DNA of 60,706 nucleotides from Bacillota bacterium (GCA_012837925.1 DUQE01000099.1:1-60706), one strand, 5' to 3'; shown: positions 17,892 to 26,513, numbered from the stretch's first letter. A program made the numbers and translations. The notes: generated from the letters alone by a model not told the origin.

Positions 17892-18631
17892 GATTTCACT
17901 CCTCTAACTGTGTCGAGAATAGACTTGACGGCCTCGACATCGACGAACATGTGGTACTCCTGGGCGTCTCCAGAACCCATCTTGACGTCCGAAGAACGAG
18001 GCTGCATGCGGGATGGGACTTTCGTTCTGCTTCCCGTGTGAATCTCCTTCAGGCCTAGTTTGATGAACTCTGCCGCGTTTTCGGGGCGAATCCCGCCACC
18101 TGGCATGATGGTGATGCGGCCTTGTGCTTGCTCAAGGAGTTCGCGCAAGAGGGGAATACCCTCCACAGCCGTCTTTTGTTGTCCTGAGGTAAGCAGGCGA
18201 TCGACGCCCAAATCGATGAGAACTTGCAAGGCCTCAAAGGGGTCGCGCACAACGTCAAAGGCCCGATGGCAGGTCACCTCGAGCTCGAGGCTCTTGGCAA
18301 GTTGCACTAAGCGTGACATAGCCAGGGTATTGAAGGAGCTATATTCATCGAGAACTCCAAAGACAACACCCCTTGCGCCCAACTGGGCAGACATCATGAT
18401 GTCCTCTTCCATTTGGGAAATCTCCTCGTTGTTATAGAGGAAATCGCCTCCTCGGGGGCGTATCATCACCATAGTATCAATATCGTCAAATTTGGTGCTT
18501 TGTTTGATAAAACCATAGTTCGGTGTCGTACCGCCTGCGCCGGGATCAGAGCAAAGTTCAACTCTGTGCGCGCCTGCTTTGCGGGCTCGAAACACGTCTT
18601 CAATGGTGTAACAGACGACTTCAATGAGCAT
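17885..18631 (-). CDS. cutC: Copper homeostasis protein CutC family
   Basis: The N-terminus LIEVVCYTIEDVFRARKAGAHRVELCS, the TIM-barrel pattern and the FHRAFD-like block CHRAFD match CutC. Confidence 0.85.
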   Translation of the reverse strand: MLIEVVCYTIEDVFRARKAGAHRVELCSDPGAGGTTPNYGFIKQSTKFDDIDTMVMIRPRGGDFLYNNEEISQMEEDIMMSAQLGARGVVFGVLDEYSSFNTLAMSRLVQLAKSLELEVTCHRAFDVVRDPFEALQVLIDLGVDRLLTSGQQKTAVEGIPLLRELLEQAQGRITIMPGGGIRPENAAEFIKLGLKEIHTGSRTKVPSRMQPRSSDVKMGSGDAQEYHMFVDVEAVKSILDTVRGVKSC

Positions 18632-18701
18632 TCGTCGTTCCTCCTTTCAACGCAAAACCAGCCTCACCGCATCTGGTAAGGCTGTTTATTGAAGCAGTTG
18701 T

Positions 18702-18911
18702 TTATTTTTCGTTTTGAAGTAGGGATTGAACTTGATCAACCACGTCCTGCGATGTTAGTTTGCCGATTTGAACCCAGAAATTTGGGGTCGTGCTGCTAAT
18801 AAACTCACTGATTATCTTTGTGCCATTCTGATTCCAGACGGTCAGTTTGGGGCGTTCCCCTTGAAAGCGTAGTCGAACGAAAAAGTCGCCGCTCTTAAAC
18901 ATGGTGCTCAT
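18702..18911 (-). CDS. Hypothetical small protein
   Basis: An open frame preceded by RBS GGGGAGG. I chose the third ATG for RBS spacing. No family recognised. Confidence 0.4.
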   Translation of the reverse strand: MSTMFKSGDFFVRLRFQGERPKLTVWNQNGTKIISEFISSTTPNFWVQIGKLTSQDVVDQVQSLLQNEK

Positions 18912-19029
18912 TCTCATTACCTCCCCTCACAGATCTTTATACCCTGTGCAGGTTTAGAATTCCTGCCAGATTCTTGCGTTTCTTGTCAAGAAATCTCATC
19001 TGGAACGTCAATCGGAAGGAACGAATAAC

Positions 19030-20004
19030 ATGCTCTATGAAATTGGAAAAGCCGCTGCCTTGATTTTTGTTGCCGAGTTAGGAGACAAGACCCAGATTCT
19101 CGCTATGACCTTTGCTCTGCAGTTTGCGGTGGGACAAGTCCTGGCCGGGGTAGCCCTGGGGTCCTTTTTGAATCATGGACTAGCGGTCATTGTCGGGGCC
19201 TATCTAGCCCACATCATTCCCCTGTCTGTGATCCGTTTAGGATCCGCCGTCATGTTTCTGGGCTTCGGCTTATGGACACTTAAAAAGACGGATGATGAGG
19301 ACCATAAAACCAATCGGCGGTTTTCCAGCCCGATTCTCGTAGTGGCCCTGGCATTCTTTCTAGGAGAACTTGGGGATAAGACGCAGCTTACCGCCATTGC
19401 CCTGGCTTCAAATGCACAAATTCCTTGGGCAGTTCTGGCTGGAACCGTCTTAGGTATGGTTTTAACCAGTCTGGTAGGCATCATCGTCGGAAGCAAACTG
19501 GGAGAACGGATTCCCGACTTTGCCCTCAAGCTCATATCGAGTGCTGTGTTTATAGGATTCGGTGTCTTTCATCTAAGCCAGACCGTCCCCGCGAGATTCT
19601 TAACGGCCCCTTATGTGCTTATGTTTTCAGCAGCGTTAGTGGCACTACTTATGTACTTGGTTATACCGCTTTTCCGAGAGCGGCGCTTGGCACAAGAAAG
19701 CCCCGGAAATTTCAGAACAGTAGCTGCTCAGCTCCACGCATTAGACAAGGCCCTCAGCGAGCTTTGCCTCAATGATGAACATTGCCGGAATGAACGCTGT
19801 CCGGTGGGGTACTGTAAACGCTTGGTTAAAGCGGAATTGTATGGTGGTACCGCCGTCCGGGGACTACGAAAGCCCTACGTAAAGCGAGATCAGGTCTTTG
19901 ATTCCTCCAGGGTTGACGAGGTGTTACATCTCTTAGAAAAGGTAGATTTAAGTCCGGCTGTCTACAAAGAGCTGAAAGAAAATGTAGAGAAACTCAAGCG
20001 TTAA
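19030..20004 (+). CDS. UPF0016 (GDT1/TMEM165/MneA-like) cation transporter with ~115-aa Cys-rich C-terminal extension
   Basis: It has two E-x-G-D-K-T motifs (AELGDKTQ, GELGDKTQ) in repeated 3-TM halves. The tail contains CLNDEHCRNERCPVGYC. Confidence 0.8.
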   Translation: MLYEIGKAAALIFVAELGDKTQILAMTFALQFAVGQVLAGVALGSFLNHGLAVIVGAYLAHIIPLSVIRLGSAVMFLGFGLWTLKKTDDEDHKTNRRFSSPILVVALAFFLGELGDKTQLTAIALASNAQIPWAVLAGTVLGMVLTSLVGIIVGSKLGERIPDFALKLISSAVFIGFGVFHLSQTVPARFLTAPYVLMFSAALVALLMYLVIPLFRERRLAQESPGNFRTVAAQLHALDKALSELCLNDEHCRNERCPVGYCKRLVKAELYGGTAVRGLRKPYVKRDQVFDSSRVDEVLHLLEKVDLSPAVYKELKENVEKLKR

Positions 20005-20867
20005 TCATCGCCGAGAATTCGAATCTCGGGCTCCAGGGAGACGCCGTACTCTTGCAGAATCGTCTCCTGTATTTTTTCGATCAGATCAAGAAAATCACGA
20101 GCTTTCGCTGCGCCCGTTCGAATAAGGAATCCGGCATGCTTGGTGGATACCTCTGCTCCGCCAATTCGCAAACCCTTAAGCCCCGCTTGTTCGATCAAAG
20201 GACCCACATAATGTCCTGGAGGACGCTTGAACGTGCTTCCTGCACTGGGGAATTCCAAGGGTTGCTTGCTGCGCCGTTGGTTCTGGAAATCGTCCATCTT
20301 TTGAAGTATATCCTGTTGTTCGCTGGGGATGAGTTCCAATTCTACTCGGGTGACGATGGCACCATGCGCCTCGTTTTGAAGACGACTGTTGCGGTAGGAG
20401 AAAGAAAACTCATCGCGGCTCCACTGCCCGAGCTCACCGTTTTGGACAAACTGTATGCTGTGAACCAGCGGTCCGATTTCTCCTCCATATGCTCCGGCAT
20501 TCATGAAGGTTGCGCCCCCCAAGCCTCCTGGTATGCCAACGGCAAACTCAAGTCCACTGAGATTGTGGAGGAGGGCGAGTTTGCTTAAGGAACCAAGCAG
20601 GCATCCGGCCTGGGCTGTAAGAATAGTACCTTCTACTTTGGCCTGGGCGAAGGAATCGGCAATTTGCATAACAATGCCACGAATTCCCCCGTCTCGAACT
20701 AAGATGTTTGTGCCATAGCCAATGATGGTCAGAGGAAGGTCATGCTCCGCTGCAAAGCGCTGTGTTTCGGCAACTTCGCTGGCCGACTTTGGTTGAATAA
20801 AGAGATCAGCAGGTCCCCCTACGCCCAGGGACGTCACCTTAGATAGGGGGTAGTCTCTAATGAACAT
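20001..20867 (-). CDS. murB: UDP-N-acetylenolpyruvoylglucosamine reductase
   Basis: The FAD-binding N-terminus shows SLGVGGPADLF and GYGTNILV. C-terminal motifs are GSTFKRP and GGAEVSTKHAGF. Confidence 0.92.
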   Translation of the reverse strand: MFIRDYPLSKVTSLGVGGPADLFIQPKSASEVAETQRFAAEHDLPLTIIGYGTNILVRDGGIRGIVMQIADSFAQAKVEGTILTAQAGCLLGSLSKLALLHNLSGLEFAVGIPGGLGGATFMNAGAYGGEIGPLVHSIQFVQNGELGQWSRDEFSFSYRNSRLQNEAHGAIVTRVELELIPSEQQDILQKMDDFQNQRRSKQPLEFPSAGSTFKRPPGHYVGPLIEQAGLKGLRIGGAEVSTKHAGFLIRTGAAKARDFLDLIEKIQETILQEYGVSLEPEIRILGDD

Positions 20868-20912
20868 GCTAACTCCTCCTCATTCGTATTATCTATATTC
20901 TAGCACAAAACA

Positions 20913-21542
20913 TTATTGCGGTCTGTTCTGATTTATAAACGAAGTAGGGTGGAGCCAATAATCTGTTACTTTGGAACGGTCCCACGCGACGCCATTGCTA
21001 CGGGGCCAGGCATTGGCCGGCAAGTCTGCTTTGCGCATTTCGAAGTGCAGATGGGCCGCAAAGCGGTTGTTGGGACCACGACCTACCGTTCCGATGGCTT
21101 GTCTGCGGCCTACTAGTTCGCCTTTGGACACCCAGCGTTCATCAAGGTGAGCGTACTGCGACCACACGAAAACATCGGGTGAGATCGCGTGCCGAATCAG
21201 CACGACATTGCCAAGGGCGGTATTCCAACCAGAGAACACCACTTCGCCATTGGCCACAGAGTACACTGGTTCTCCATGATCTCCGTTTCCGGCACCAGGA
21301 ATATTCCAGTCTTCCCCTGGATGGTAAGAATTACTATACTTACTCCAGCTTAAGAAACTGTAGCCCGTAACAGACCAGCCACGGCCATCGGGATTGCCTA
21401 CAGGAAAGTCAAAGCCATCGGTAAGCCAGATTGGCTTAGGACTCCAAGGCACACCCCCACCTTGATCGGTAACGGGCGAACATCCTGTAATGGGCAGAAC
21501 GATAAGTATGAGGACTGAAAGTATCCAGTATTTCCTAGTCAA
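20913..21542 (-). CDS. M23-family metallopeptidase lipoprotein
   Basis: M23 motifs are HPGEDWN and AHLHFEM. A lipobox-like ITGC follows the hydrophobic signal. I chose start TTG 21542, which follows RBS AAGGGGGAG. Confidence 0.8.
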   Translation of the reverse strand: MTRKYWILSVLILIVLPITGCSPVTDQGGGVPWSPKPIWLTDGFDFPVGNPDGRGWSVTGYSFLSWSKYSNSYHPGEDWNIPGAGNGDHGEPVYSVANGEVVFSGWNTALGNVVLIRHAISPDVFVWSQYAHLDERWVSKGELVGRRQAIGTVGRGPNNRFAAHLHFEMRKADLPANAWPRSNGVAWDRSKVTDYWLHPTSFINQNRPQ

Positions 21543-21632
21543 GAAAAACTCCCCCTTTTGTGGTAAATTTATTTTATACGATGTGGGGGAAAGCGGCACG
21601 AATGGAAAATGGCCCCAGATGGAGGTTTCTTT

Positions 21633-22454
21633 ATGCAGAAAGTGATTTCACGGAGTGTAGCACTGACACTTTTATTGGCACTCATGGTTTGTGTTAATGG
21701 TAACGTCATGGCGATGGGAACGCCCTTGATGCTCGGAGCAGGGCAGGAGTTTCGTTTTGATCTACCTTTGGAGTCTGGAAAAAGTTACGCAGTCAACATG
21801 GCCTTGCGTACCGATTTAAAGAATACAGCCATTACTATGACTCTATGCCACGTGAGGAATAATAATGAGGTTGCGGAGCTTCACACGTCCCGTCATGGGC
21901 TCGGTGACGATGGTTCCTGGCACATCCTGCGCATACCGGAAGTGCACACTCCTACGAGTCCTGGACGTTTTGAACTTATCATAACCGCTGATACGGAAGG
22001 ACGTTATTATTGGAAAGATCTCAAGGTGGAACGCAGCTATACAGCATCTGCAGATAACCAGGAGTATTGGAGCGAAAAGTTGGCCACGCAGGGCACGTTT
22101 TTCACCGGCTTGGTCGTGGATGCCCGCCATCTTGATGTAAGGCGCGGTATGAGTCCGCGCATCTACAGTGCTTCGGGTCAGCTTCTTTATGGTGGTGTCC
22201 TGGCCGGACAAGACCTTGTACAGGATCGCGGGGTCGTCGGATATGGTTCGGAGCTGACATCGGAACTCTTGGAGCGTATTGCCATAGATTCGGACTATCC
22301 CTATGTGGCTCCCTTAGTCGTTCAGGCCGTTGGTGTTGCCGACCCAGCCAAAACGAGTGTTTACATCAGTGAGGATGACACCCGCAGGGTCCTGGAGGCT
22401 ATGGTTCAGTACGACTTCTTTGCTCGCTATGCGGTGATCTTCTTGGTAAACTAA
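21633..22454 (+). CDS. Secreted protein of unknown function
   Basis: A signal peptide (MQKVISRSVALTLLLALMVCVNGNVMA) follows the internal ATG at 21633. No family recognised. Confidence 0.6.
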   Translation: MQKVISRSVALTLLLALMVCVNGNVMAMGTPLMLGAGQEFRFDLPLESGKSYAVNMALRTDLKNTAITMTLCHVRNNNEVAELHTSRHGLGDDGSWHILRIPEVHTPTSPGRFELIITADTEGRYYWKDLKVERSYTASADNQEYWSEKLATQGTFFTGLVVDARHLDVRRGMSPRIYSASGQLLYGGVLAGQDLVQDRGVVGYGSELTSELLERIAIDSDYPYVAPLVVQAVGVADPAKTSVYISEDDTRRVLEAMVQYDFFARYAVIFLVN

Positions 22455-22529
22455 GAGTCCTATGGAAGGATAATTGCGGTGGATCGAGAAATGTGAGTAG
22501 AGCTTGTTTTGGGAGGTAAATGGACAAAG

Positions 22530-23660
22530 ATGCAGATGAAACTGAAGAATCTCTACCAACGCCTGCAAGGTCTCGATCCTGCTCGATTCTCCGTAGCAGT
22601 TGGGTTTGACGGGTTTGTTGACGAGATCGTAGAAGTGGTTGACCGCCGGGAGTCCTTCGATTCATACATACGAATGACAAATATGCGTCAGTTCGGTGAA
22701 CGAATCACGAAGGCTGCGGGTCTGAGCACCAACATTGAGTTTGTCCCAAAGACGATGAAACTTGGAGGTAACGGTCCGATTATGGGCAATGCCCTCGTTA
22801 AGGCCGGCACCAGTGTATCGTATGTAGGCGCATTAGGGAATCCCAATATTCACCCTGTGTTTACAGAACTCACCGATGCCTGTACACAGGTTTTTTCGGT
22901 GGCAGAACCAGGCCATACCGATGCCGTAGAGTTTGATGACGGTAAGGTGATGCTCGGTAAAATGGAATCGTTGAACGACGTAAACTGGGCAACGTTGCAG
23001 CGAGAGGTCGGTGATGAGCAGCTTCGAAAGATCTTTAGCGGGGCTGATTTAGTCGCGACGGTGAATTGGACCATGACGCCGTATATGAATGAGGTGTGGG
23101 AAGGTCTTTTAGGACTTTTGAGCGAAAGGCCTGATGGGCATCGGCCGTTCTTTTTTGTCGACTTGGCGGATCCAAGCAAACGCACTCCCGAGGACATTGT
23201 AGAAGCCTTAACCATGATCCGGAGATTTTCTTCTTATTATCGCGTAATCCTTGGTCTTAACCGTAAGGAAGCATCGGAGATTGCCTGCGTGCGAGGCCTG
23301 TCCTTAAGTAAACCTGCCGAAGAGGCTGATCTAGAGGAGATTGTCAAAGCCTTAGGGGCTGACTTAGGACTGTGGTGTCTTGTCGTGCACCCAACCTTTG
23401 AAGCGGGTGCTTATGTCGACGGAGAATATCATTATATTGAGGGACCTTACACATCGAAACCGCGTCTTACCACAGGCGCCGGAGACAACTTTAATGCTGG
23501 ATTTTGTCTAGGTTTGATGTTACAGTTAGGTGTGGAAGAGTCGCTGGCTGTGGGCAAAGCGACTTCAGGTTATTACGTCCGCAATATGCACAGCCCATCG
23601 CGCGATCAGCTTCTGGAGTTTATCAAACTGTGGGCTGACCGAGCGGGCCAAGAGTTTTAG
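22530..23660 (+). CDS. PfkB/ribokinase-superfamily carbohydrate-kinase-like protein
   Basis: The C-terminal anion-hole motif is TTGAGDNFNAGF and the N-terminal block is GGNGPIMGNAL. The start was chosen at the first ATG. Confidence 0.6.
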   Translation: MQMKLKNLYQRLQGLDPARFSVAVGFDGFVDEIVEVVDRRESFDSYIRMTNMRQFGERITKAAGLSTNIEFVPKTMKLGGNGPIMGNALVKAGTSVSYVGALGNPNIHPVFTELTDACTQVFSVAEPGHTDAVEFDDGKVMLGKMESLNDVNWATLQREVGDEQLRKIFSGADLVATVNWTMTPYMNEVWEGLLGLLSERPDGHRPFFFVDLADPSKRTPEDIVEALTMIRRFSSYYRVILGLNRKEASEIACVRGLSLSKPAEEADLEEIVKALGADLGLWCLVVHPTFEAGAYVDGEYHYIEGPYTSKPRLTTGAGDNFNAGFCLGLMLQLGVEESLAVGKATSGYYVRNMHSPSRDQLLEFIKLWADRAGQEF

Positions 23661-23693
23661 CTTGAATCACAAGGAAGATGAGGGGGTTTACTA

Positions 23694-25511
23694 GTGCTTA
23701 GAATGCGCACGAGGAGAAACATTAGTCTGGTATTGTTCATTGGGTTGCTCTTGACATCGGCCGTGGTTTGGTCCATGATGTCGGGCGCAGCAGGAATGGA
23801 AGACGGCATCTATACTGGTACAGCCGAAGGTTTTGGCGGTGACTTAGTTGTGGATGTTACCATCAGCGGTGGAGAAATCACGGACGTCACGGTGAGACCG
23901 CACCAGGAAACGCCCTTTATTGCTGATTCGGCGATTGAAGAGTTAACCGGCAAGATCGTCCAAACCCAAAGCGCCAATGTAGAAGCGGTTAGTGGCGCAA
24001 CCTATACGAGCAAAGCTCTGATTGCCGCCGTTGAAGAAGCGTTAAATAAGGCTTCAGGTGTTTATGCAGATGGAGTTTATGCCGGTAGTGCCAAGGGTTT
24101 TGGCGGTGATGTGATTGTAGATGTGACGATTAGTGGCGGCGAGATCACGGATGTTACGGTGAGACCGCACCAAGAGACCCCCTTTATTGCTGACGCAGCG
24201 ATTGAGGAGTTGACTACTAAGATCGTCGAGACGAAAAGTACCGATGTTGAGATCGTAAGCGGCGCTACATACACCAGCAAGGCCGTTATCGAAGCCGTAA
24301 ACGTGGCCCTAAACGGTACAGGTGTAGTAGCAGAACCAGAACCTGTTGTGAGCACGTTCGACATTACTTTGGATGATGGTACGTATCGTGGAAGCGCTGA
24401 AGGTTTCGGTGGCGAGTTGGTCCTTGATGTCACGATAGGTGGAGGCAAGATCACAGAGATCGTGGTGGTTAAGAGCAGCGAGACTCCCTTCATTGCAGAT
24501 GGAGCCTTTAAAGAACTCTTCCCAGCCATCATTGAGGCCCAAGGTCCGGTGGATGCAGTAAGCGGTGCCACCTATACGAGCAAAGCTGTTGTTGAAGCTG
24601 TGGAGAAAGCATTAACCGGTGAAGAAGTAGTGAAGACCGCTGCAGCGAGCACACCCTTTGTTATTGAAGTTGGCGATGGCACGCATCGCGGCACTGCCAA
24701 AGGATTTGGTGGAGACTTAGTGCTCGACGTAACCGTGAGCGGTGGAAAGATTACGGAGATCGTGGTTGTAAAGAGCGAGGAGACTCCCTTTATAGCAGAC
24801 GGCGCATTTAAAGTGTTGCTCCCTGGCATCGTTGAGGCCCAAGGTTCTGTAGAAGCAGTAAGTGGAGCGACATATACCAGCAAAGCCGTTCTGGAAGCTG
24901 TAGAGAACGCTCTGTCGGTCGAAGAGGCTGCACCTGTGGTTGCTGCAACGTATGATATTCAGGTGGGCGATGGAACGCATCGCGGCACCGCTAAAGGATT
25001 CGGCGGAGACTTAGTTCTCGACGTAACCGTAAGCGGCGGTAAGATTACGGAGATTGGTGTTGTAAAGAGCGAGGAAACCCCCTTTATCGCAGATGGTGCC
25101 TTTGAAGAACTCTTCCCAGCTATCATTGAAGCCCAGGGCCCTGTTGACGCAGTGAGCGGAGCCACATACACTAGCAAAGCTGTTTTGGAAGCTGTAGAGA
25201 ACGCTCTGTCGGTCGAAGAGGCTGCACCTGTGGCTGCTGCAACGTATGATATTCAGGTGGGCGATGGAACGCATCGCGGCACCGCCAAAGGTTTCGGTGG
25301 AGACTTAGTTCTCGACGTAACTGTGAGTGGTGGCAAAATCACGGAGATCGTGGTTGTAGAGAGCGAGGAAACCCCCTTTATCGCAGATGGTGCCTTTGAA
25401 GCGCTCTTCCCAGCCATCATTGAGGCCCAAGGTCCCGTTGATGCATTTAGCGGAGCTACCGTAACGAGCGGGGCGATCATGGGTGCCCTGGAAGATGCCT
25501 TAACGGAGTAA
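23694..25511 (+). CDS. Exported protein with six tandem FMN_bind (flavinylation) domains
   Basis: An N-terminal signal/anchor is followed by six ~95-100-aa units. Each unit contains GFGG(D/E)L.(V/L)DVT..GG.IT and a (V/F)SGAT(Y/V)TS motif. Confidence 0.85.
   Translation: MLRMRTRRNISLVLFIGLLLTSAVVWSMMSGAAGMEDGIYTGTAEGFGGDLVVDVTISGGEITDVTVRPHQETPFIADSAIEELTGKIVQTQSANVEAVSGATYTSKALIAAVEEALNKASGVYADGVYAGSAKGFGGDVIVDVTISGGEITDVTVRPHQETPFIADAAIEELTTKIVETKSTDVEIVSGATYTSKAVIEAVNVALNGTGVVAEPEPVVSTFDITLDDGTYRGSAEGFGGELVLDVTIGGGKITEIVVVKSSETPFIADGAFKELFPAIIEAQGPVDAVSGATYTSKAVVEAVEKALTGEEVVKTAAASTPFVIEVGDGTHRGTAKGFGGDLVLDVTVSGGKITEIVVVKSEETPFIADGAFKVLLPGIVEAQGSVEAVSGATYTSKAVLEAVENALSVEEAAPVVAATYDIQVGDGTHRGTAKGFGGDLVLDVTVSGGKITEIGVVKSEETPFIADGAFEELFPAIIEAQGPVDAVSGATYTSKAVLEAVENALSVEEAAPVAAATYDIQVGDGTHRGTAKGFGGDLVLDVTVSGGKITEIVVVESEETPFIADGAFEALFPAIIEAQGPVDAFSGATVTSGAIMGALEDALTE
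24672..25511 (+). repeat. Three in-frame 294-bp tandem repeat units (FMN_bind domains 4-6)
   Basis: Unit starts are at 24672, 24966 and 25260. For example, 24901-24960 differs from 25195-25254 at a single position. Confidence 0.9.
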
Positions 25512-25563
25512 GTTCTTTTGGCAATGGCAATACTAGTCCATATAGTAGGAGGAGTTGTTGCCT

Positions 25564-25734
25564 ATGCCGAGTATGATGGATATGCGCCTAGTGGGGCAGA
25601 CCTGCAGTGCTTATGATGCAGGAACGGAGGACTCTGAACGGAGTTGTGAGAGCTGCCTGCACTGGAAGGGCGAGCATGAAATGTGTGAGTTGGACATTTT
25701 TTGGGAGCAACTCACAAACCTAGACCAGACATGA
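25564..25734 (+). CDS. Unannotated 56-aa Cys-rich protein (below ORF-track cutoff)
   Basis: ATG 25564 is preceded by RBS TAGGAGGAG. The translation is MPSMMDMRLVGQTCSAYDAGTEDSERSCESCLHWKGEHEMCELDIFWEQLTNLDQT*. A strong terminator follows it directly. Confidence 0.5.
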   Translation: MPSMMDMRLVGQTCSAYDAGTEDSERSCESCLHWKGEHEMCELDIFWEQLTNLDQT

Positions 25735-25740
25735 GAGGAA

Positions 25741-25778
25741 GCCTTTGGCTAATGATATTGATTAGCCAAAGGCTTTTT
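25741..25778 (+). terminator. Intrinsic terminator
   Basis: Perfect 13-bp stem GCCTTTGGCTAAT / ATTAGCCAAAGGC is followed by TTTTT. Confidence 0.85.
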
Positions 25779-25847
25779 CTATTGTAGAAAACGCACAAGA
25801 AAAAGTGTATGATAAAAAGTGTATGATGAATAGAGGTGGGAGTTCCT

Positions 25848-26513
25848 ATGGCACAAATAGGATTGTTTGACGTTGTTGGTCCGATCATGGTGGGACCGTC
25901 AAGTTCGCATACCGCAGGAGCGGTACGACTGGGACTGGCCACCAGGAGAATTCTGGGTGTCGATGTCACTAAGGCCCAGATTACATTGCACGGTTCTTTT
26001 GCCGCCACCTATTGGGGCCATCGAACTGACGTAGCGCTTATAGCGGGTCTTCTGGGTATGGCCATGGATGATGAACGCATTCCTCGAGGAATGGAACTTG
26101 CGCGGGAGGCGGGTTTGGAATTTTCGTTTGAGTCGGGAGACTTGGGCGACGTTCACCCGAATTCTGTGCGCATTCTCGCCGAGGGAGGCGGAGATAAAGT
26201 GGTAATCGCAGGGGCTTCAGTGGGCGGTGGCCGCATTAACATCTTCGAAGTCAATGGGTTTGATGTTTCGCTCGACGGAACATACTCAACCTTATTGACC
26301 AAGCACCGAGATGAACCTGGAGTCATTGCAGAAATCACGAAGGTTCTTGCCGTTCATGGGATTAACATTGCGTACTTGGATGTGAGTCGCAAGACTCGCG
26401 GTTCAGAAGCCTTATTGCTGGCCCAAACAGACGATCGGATACCCGATTTGGCTTTGCAGCATGTGCAGAGAATACCTGGTGTGATCGTTGTAAGGAAACT
26501 ACCGCGTTTTTAG
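25848..26513 (+). CDS. sdaAB: L-serine dehydratase, iron-sulfur-dependent, beta subunit
   Basis: The N-terminus is GLFDVVGPIMVGPSSSHTAGA and the C-terminus is ACT-like. I set the start to ATG 25848 with RBS GAGGTGGGA. Confidence 0.9.
   Translation: MAQIGLFDVVGPIMVGPSSSHTAGAVRLGLATRRILGVDVTKAQITLHGSFAATYWGHRTDVALIAGLLGMAMDDERIPRGMELAREAGLEFSFESGDLGDVHPNSVRILAEGGGDKVVIAGASVGGGRINIFEVNGFDVSLDGTYSTLLTKHRDEPGVIAEITKVLAVHGINIAYLDVSRKTRGSEALLLAQTDDRIPDLALQHVQRIPGVIVVRKLPRF

Noticed and set aside
18918-19029. Possible yybP-ykoY (Mn2+) riboswitch upstream of the UPF0016 transporter.
   Set aside because: The region is only ~110 nt, and I could not find the conserved riboswitch core sequences or a terminator or sequestering helix.
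24077-25480. A series of similar antisense ORFs (24077..24571, 24572..24883, 24959..25177, 25253..25480 and others). I also considered a CRISPR-like reading of the periodic repeats.
   Set aside because: They are reverse-strand shadows of the in-frame 294-bp coding repeats of the FMN_bind protein. The repeat units are contiguous, ~294 bp long and coding, not short repeats separated by unique spacers.
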